Position numbers and translations under genes: made by a program. Source: an uncultured delta proteobacterium (lineage in GTDB: Bacteria > Desulfobacterota > Deferrimicrobia > Deferrimicrobiales > Deferrimicrobiaceae). Taken from it: a DNA stretch of 64,000 bases. The first letter of the stretch is position 1; each line of letters starts with the position of its first letter. Positions 59,650 through 64,000 of this stretch are shown here, in pieces. Below the pieces are notes generated by a model. That model made no database searches. It had not been told where the DNA came from and was given only the letters and a program-made list of their open reading frames with translations. The DNA lies in assembly GCA_963811025.1 (NCBI GenBank), contig CAWEPX010000033.1:216414-280413 (forward strand), in the 5' to 3' direction.

Positions 59650-62445
59650 ATGGCATACTGCCCGGTCACCGGCGACTGGCGTCACATCCTGGACACCATT
59701 CAGGACATGGTCATGGTTCTCGACCTCCAGCAACAGGTTCTCTGGGCGAACCGGTCGTTCCTTACGTTCCTGGGCATTCCGGAAGGAGACGTCATAGGTC
59801 GTCCCTGCCGCCTTCTGCTGCATGCGGGAACAGGTCCAGGCGATGAGTGCCCCTGCGCGCGGATGGTGAAGAGCAAACAACGGGAGTCGTTCGATATGGA
59901 CCTCCCGGACCGGGACATGCGGGTACGGATCACTGTCGACCCGCTCCGGGACGGGGACGGGAACCTCGTGGGAGCGATTCACATACTCTCCGACGTCACG
60001 GCGGCCCGGCGTTCCGAGTTGCACGCCCAGCTCCAGTCACGGCGTCTTACGCTGCTGACCCGTATCGGCACGTCGCTTCTGGAGGACTTCGACATCAAGG
60101 CGGTGCTTACCGAAACGACACGCGATCTGGGCCGGTTTCTCGGGGTCACCCGTTGCGCAATCTTCCTTTCCGGATCCGCCGGGGAGACGGTCGAGTATCA
60201 CGCACCGGATTCCCCGTCCGCCCTCGCGTGTTCCGGGAGCTGTCGAATGCCGCCGAATACGAGGGAGGCGTTCGAGAGCGGACGTTCTCTCGTCGTCAAC
60301 GATATCCGCCTTTGGCCCTATCCCGAAGGAAAGGAGGGGTCCGAGACCATTCTCCCGCGGGCCTTCATCGCGGTCCCTCTCTGCGATCAGGAGAAACTCT
60401 TCGGGGTTCTGTTTCTCGATCGACCGGAATCCCACGAGTGGACGGAGAACGAGATCGAGACGGTGGAAACGGTCGCGCGACAGGTCTCCCTTGCCGTCCG
60501 GCAGACGGGGGCGCTCCGGGAGCAGCAGCAGCTTCCCGGCCGACTCCTTTCCCTCATGAACAACGTTCCCGGAGTCGTTTACCGGGGCCTTCCGGACTGG
60601 TCTCTCACCTTCGTGGGAGCCGAGGTGGAGCGGCTCACCGGTTACACCGCGGAAGAGGTCCTTCAGGTATCCGCCAGATGGCGGGAAATCATCCATCCGG
60701 ATGATCTGCCGTCCGTGAAGATGGCCTTCCGGAGCGCGGTGGGGGAGCAAAGAAAGGTCCTGTGCGTCGAATACCGCATAAGGCACCGCGACGGCGAATA
60801 TCGTTGGTTTGAGGACAGGCGCCAGCTCATATACAACCCGGACGGTTCGCTCGATCACGTGGACGGCCTCCTTCTCGACATCTCGGAACCGAAGCGGGTG
60901 GAAAAGGAACTGCGAGCGTCGAACGAGGCGCTTAATGTCCTCATCGAGTCATCGCCGCTTGCCATCATGGCCATCGACGAGCAGGGATACGTCACCCTGT
61001 GGAATCCCGCCTCGGAGAGGATGTTCGGTTGGACGAGGGAGGAGGCGATCGGCCGTCTCAACCCGGTCGTGCCCGAGGAGAATATCGCGGAGTTCCACAG
61101 TCTCCGCGAGCAGGTGTTGCGTGAAGGGGGATTCTCCGCGAGGGAGCTTCGACGGCAGAAAAAAGGAGGTATCCCGATCGAGATCAGCCTGTCCACTGCG
61201 CCGATGCGGGACGCCCGGGGAAACATCTCGGGGATCATGTCCGTCATGGAAGACATCACGGAGCGCAAGCAGATCGAGGAGGACTTTGCGCCAGAGCGAG
61301 GAGCAAATTCCGGCAGGCGCAGAAGATGGAGGCGGTCGGGAAGGCTGGCCGGCGGGGTCGCCCACGACTTCAATAACCTCCTGACGGCGATCCGGGGCTA
61401 CTCCGACCTGCTGCTGCACCGTCTCGACGCCTCCTCCCCGTACCGGAAGGACGTGGAGGAGATCCACAAGGCGGGGGAGCGCGCCTCGACGTTGACCCAG
61501 CAGCTGCTCGCATTCAGCCGGAAACAGGTATTGCAGCCGAAAGTACTGGACCTGAACCAGGTGGTGGCGGGTATGGAGGAGATGCTCGGACGCATGATCG
61601 GCGAGAACATCGATCTGATCACGGTGCTTCGGCCGGATTTGTGGAGCGTCAAGGTGGACAAGGGCCAGCTCGAACAGGTGATCATGAACCTCGTGGTGAA
61701 TGCCCAGGACGCCATCGATGGCGGGGGGAAGGTCACGGTCGAGACGGGCAACGTGTACCTGGACGATGATTACGTGTCCCTCCATTCGGTCGTGACGCCC
61801 GGCGCGTATGTCATGCTCGCGGTAAGCGACACGGGGAGCGGGATGGACGACGAGACCGCGGCGCGCCTTTTCGAGCCGTTTTTCACCACCAAGGAACAGG
61901 GAAAGGGTACGGGACTCGGCCTTTCCACCGTCTACGGCATCGTCAAGCAGAGCGACGGGTACATCTGGGTGTACAGCGAACCCAATCAGGGAACGGTGTT
62001 CAAGATCTACTTTCCCCGTCACGACTCTCCGTCCTCCGTGGAAAATCCGGAACGGTTGCCTGCCGACTCTCCCCGGGGGCATGAGACCATTCTGCTCGTG
62101 GAGGATGAGGTGCTGGTGCGGGTGCTGGTGCGCGATGTTCTTACGGGGCACGGGTACAGCGTGCTGGAGGCGAAGGACGGGGCCGATGCGATGGGAGTCG
62201 CCGTGTCCCACCGCGGCCCGATCCACCTGATGATCGCGGACGTGGTGATGCCCAACATGGGCGGCCCGGAAGTAGCGGTCTCCCTGGCGCCCCTGCTGCA
62301 CGACATGAAAGTTCTGTTCATGTCGGGGTACACCGACGAAGCCATCGCGCAGCGCGGCATTCTTCGCCCGGGGACCAGTTTCCTTCAGAAACCGTTCCGA
62401 CTCGACGCCCTGCTTCGCAAGGTCCGCGAGGTGCTGGACGGGTAG
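59650..62445 (+). CDS. Hybrid sensor kinase PAS-GAF-PAS-PAS-HisKA-HATPase-REC
   Basis: IHPDD, AHDFNNLL, FFTTK..GTGLGL, ILLVEDE, MSGY, KPF; short compensated frameshift at ~61285-61345. Confidence 0.9.
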   Translation: MAYCPVTGDWRHILDTIQDMVMVLDLQQQVLWANRSFLTFLGIPEGDVIGRPCRLLLHAGTGPGDECPCARMVKSKQRESFDMDLPDRDMRVRITVDPLRDGDGNLVGAIHILSDVTAARRSELHAQLQSRRLTLLTRIGTSLLEDFDIKAVLTETTRDLGRFLGVTRCAIFLSGSAGETVEYHAPDSPSALACSGSCRMPPNTREAFESGRSLVVNDIRLWPYPEGKEGSETILPRAFIAVPLCDQEKLFGVLFLDRPESHEWTENEIETVETVARQVSLAVRQTGALREQQQLPGRLLSLMNNVPGVVYRGLPDWSLTFVGAEVERLTGYTAEEVLQVSARWREIIHPDDLPSVKMAFRSAVGEQRKVLCVEYRIRHRDGEYRWFEDRRQLIYNPDGSLDHVDGLLLDISEPKRVEKELRASNEALNVLIESSPLAIMAIDEQGYVTLWNPASERMFGWTREEAIGRLNPVVPEENIAEFHSLREQVLREGGFSARELRRQKKGGIPIEISLSTAPMRDARGNISGIMSVMEDITERKQIEEDFAPERGANSGRRRRWRRSGRLAGGVAHDFNNLLTAIRGYSDLLLHRLDASSPYRKDVEEIHKAGERASTLTQQLLAFSRKQVLQPKVLDLNQVVAGMEEMLGRMIGENIDLITVLRPDLWSVKVDKGQLEQVIMNLVVNAQDAIDGGGKVTVETGNVYLDDDYVSLHSVVTPGAYVMLAVSDTGSGMDDETAARLFEPFFTTKEQGKGTGLGLSTVYGIVKQSDGYIWVYSEPNQGTVFKIYFPRHDSPSSVENPERLPADSPRGHETILLVEDEVLVRVLVRDVLTGHGYSVLEAKDGADAMGVAVSHRGPIHLMIADVVMPNMGGPEVAVSLAPLLHDMKVLFMSGYTDEAIAQRGILRPGTSFLQKPFRLDALLRKVREVLDG

Positions 62446-62470
62446 CGGCCGCGAAAAAATACGGTATGCT

Positions 62471-62507
62471 GGGAGTTGCGCCGCAAGGCGCGACTCCCGT
62501 TTTTATT
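62471..62507 (+). terminator. Intrinsic terminator
   Basis: GGGAGTTGCGCC-GCAA-GGCGCGACTCCC followed by GTTTTTATT. Confidence 0.75.
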
Positions 62508-62538
62508 CCCGGGGGGGGGTGTCAGGGGAGGCTTGCTT

Positions 62539-63045
62539 ATGCTGATCGGGTTCCACGGCGTCGTACCGGTATGTCACGACAGCGTGTTTTTGGCGGAAGG
62601 GGCGATGGTGATCGGAGACGTGGAGATCGGAGAGGAATCCAGCGTCTGGTATCATACCGTCATCCGGGGGGATATCCGCCGCATCCGGATCGGGCAACGG
62701 ACCAACGTACAGGACCACAGCACCCTGCACGTCACAAGGAAGGACCCGCTTGATGTGGGGGACGAGGTCACCATAGGCCACGGGGCCGTGGTGCACGGTT
62801 GCACGGTGGAAGACCTCTGTCTCATCGGGATCGGGGCGGTGGTGCTGGACGGAGCGGTCATCGGGAGGGGAAGCGTGATTGGAGCGGGGGCCGTCGTGCC
62901 CCCCGGGACCGCCGTCCCGCCGCACTCCCTAGTTCTGGGAGTCCCGGGGAAAGTGGTGAGGAATCTCGGCCCGGGCTCGGTGGACGGAAACCGGGTCACC
63001 GCGGGGAATTACGTGGAACTGGCCCGGGCCTACCGGAAAGGATGA
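62539..63045 (+). CDS. Gamma carbonic anhydrase family (YrdA-like)
   Basis: IGDVEIG, VIRGD, TNVQD..LH, VTIGHGAVVHGC hexapeptide repeats. Confidence 0.9.
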   Translation: MLIGFHGVVPVCHDSVFLAEGAMVIGDVEIGEESSVWYHTVIRGDIRRIRIGQRTNVQDHSTLHVTRKDPLDVGDEVTIGHGAVVHGCTVEDLCLIGIGAVVLDGAVIGRGSVIGAGAVVPPGTAVPPHSLVLGVPGKVVRNLGPGSVDGNRVTAGNYVELARAYRKG

Positions 63046-63056
63046 GGAGAGTGGGA

Positions 63057-63503
63057 ATGGGACGCATCGGCGAGATCTGGGAGGGGGACCGGCTGATCCA
63101 GGACTTCGGGATGAAGCTGCTCGATACCCGGGAAGGGTACGCGAAGGTGTCGGTGGAGGTGAAGGAGCGATTCCTGAACGCCCACGGGATCGGGCACGGA
63201 GTGCTCCTCTTCGCCGTCGCGGACGCGGCGTTCGCCCTCTCGGTAAACGCGGAGATCGACGCGGTGGGGGTCCAGTGGAGCATCAACGTCTTCCGCGCGG
63301 CGAAGCCGGGCGAGGAGGTGATCGGGGAGTCGAGGATCATCCACAGGGGCCGTCAGTCGATGGTCTGCGAGCTTACGGTCACCGCCGGGGACGGCCGTAT
63401 CCTCGCCCGGGGGCAATCCACCGCCCTTCCCGTCGGGCGCGGATCGCACAAGGGCTCGGCACCCCCGGACGTCGGGAAGGAGTCCCCCCCCGCGGCGGAA
63501 TAG
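63057..63503 (+). CDS. PaaI-family hotdog thioesterase
   Basis: LNAHGIGHG..FAVADAAF. Confidence 0.85.
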   Translation: MGRIGEIWEGDRLIQDFGMKLLDTREGYAKVSVEVKERFLNAHGIGHGVLLFAVADAAFALSVNAEIDAVGVQWSINVFRAAKPGEEVIGESRIIHRGRQSMVCELTVTAGDGRILARGQSTALPVGRGSHKGSAPPDVGKESPPAAE

Positions 63504-63533
63504 CGGCGAGGCGGGGCATGCCCCTGGTAGCTT

Positions 63534-64000
63534 TCAGGTCGTTCCCGCCAGGATCGCCTCGCGCTCGCAGACCTTGGGCTGTTCGGCGGCGAGATAGTCG
63601 CTCACCCGAATCTGCACGATCTCCCGGTGGGTCCCCGCGGTGAAAACGATCTCCTCGTTCCCCGTGAGTTCGTGGGACACGAGCACCGGGATGTTATAGA
63701 GGGACCCGAAGATCGGCATCGCCCCGATGTCGCAGTCGGTGAACAGGGGAGAGAACTCCGACTCGCTCGCGAGGCGGATCTTCTTCGCTCCGAGGCATTC
63801 CTGCATGCGCTTCAGGTCGACCCGCTCCGTCGCGGGGACGACCGCCATCCAGATCTTCCCGTCGACATTGACGATCACCGACTTGGCGAAGGAGTTCCCC
63901 GCCACGTGCGATGCCTGGGCAGCCTGCTGTGCGGTGAATGCCTCGGGGTGCGTCTTTGTCCGGAACGGGATCTTGCGGTCCTCGAGGAACCGGGCAAGAT
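63534..64000 (-). CDS. YbaK/EbsC aminoacyl-tRNA deacylase family, 5' end outside window
   Basis: HPEAFTAQ, AKSVIV, LASESE, GAMPIFG, AGTH. Confidence 0.85.
   Translation of the reverse strand, partial: LARFLEDRKIPFRTKTHPEAFTAQQAAQASHVAGNSFAKSVIVNVDGKIWMAVVPATERVDLKRMQECLGAKKIRLASESEFSPLFTDCDIGAMPIFGSLYNIPVLVSHELTGNEEIVFTAGTHREIVQIRVSDYLAAEQPKVCEREAILAGTT

Noticed and set aside
61285-61345. Odd Arg-rich insert before the H-box
   Set aside because: The expected LRQSEEQ..AQKMEAV is recoverable from the other frames; compensated indels.
1-64000. CRISPR arrays, tRNA/rRNA, prophage, integrase or anti-phage defence genes
   Set aside because: No regularly spaced repeats, RNA-gene signatures or relevant protein motifs seen by eye.

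Overview
A GC-rich bacterial chromosomal segment. Gene content (Tup/Moe, Geobacter-like cbb3 operon, sigma54 systems, DUF481-MscL, AmrB-PolX) suggests a deltaproteobacterial-grade lineage, possibly Ca. Deferrimicrobiaceae; this is inference only. At least a dozen single-base indels, several in homopolymer runs, point to an unpolished long-read assembly, so several long ORFs in the track are false fusions. In order the window holds: Mo/W uptake and cofactor genes with a chimeric molybdenum-storage-protein relic; cysM; an FNR/DNR-box-controlled hemerythrin and Fe-S pair; an L,D-transpeptidase and Lpp-like lipoprotein separated by a MITE; sodA; a LOG-family gene; a damaged pdhABC; an ABC efflux system; an Rrf2-led cbb3 oxidase operon; a sigma54 redox locus; a tripartite tricarboxylate transporter and malic enzyme region; a polyphosphate cluster; and housekeeping genes. 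The best candidate for an undescribed system is 27650-37793: a sigma54 promoter with paired upstream sites drives a receiver-2xLrp/AsnC protein and a StnABC-like (NuoE/NuoF/GltD-Fdh-like, no Mo ligand) putative electron-bifurcating transhydrogenase. It is followed by a membrane kinase carrying the RegB quinone-binding motif GGxxNPF and an NtrC-family activator, all directly downstream of the cbb3 oxidase operon. I saw no rRNA, tRNA or CRISPR array.
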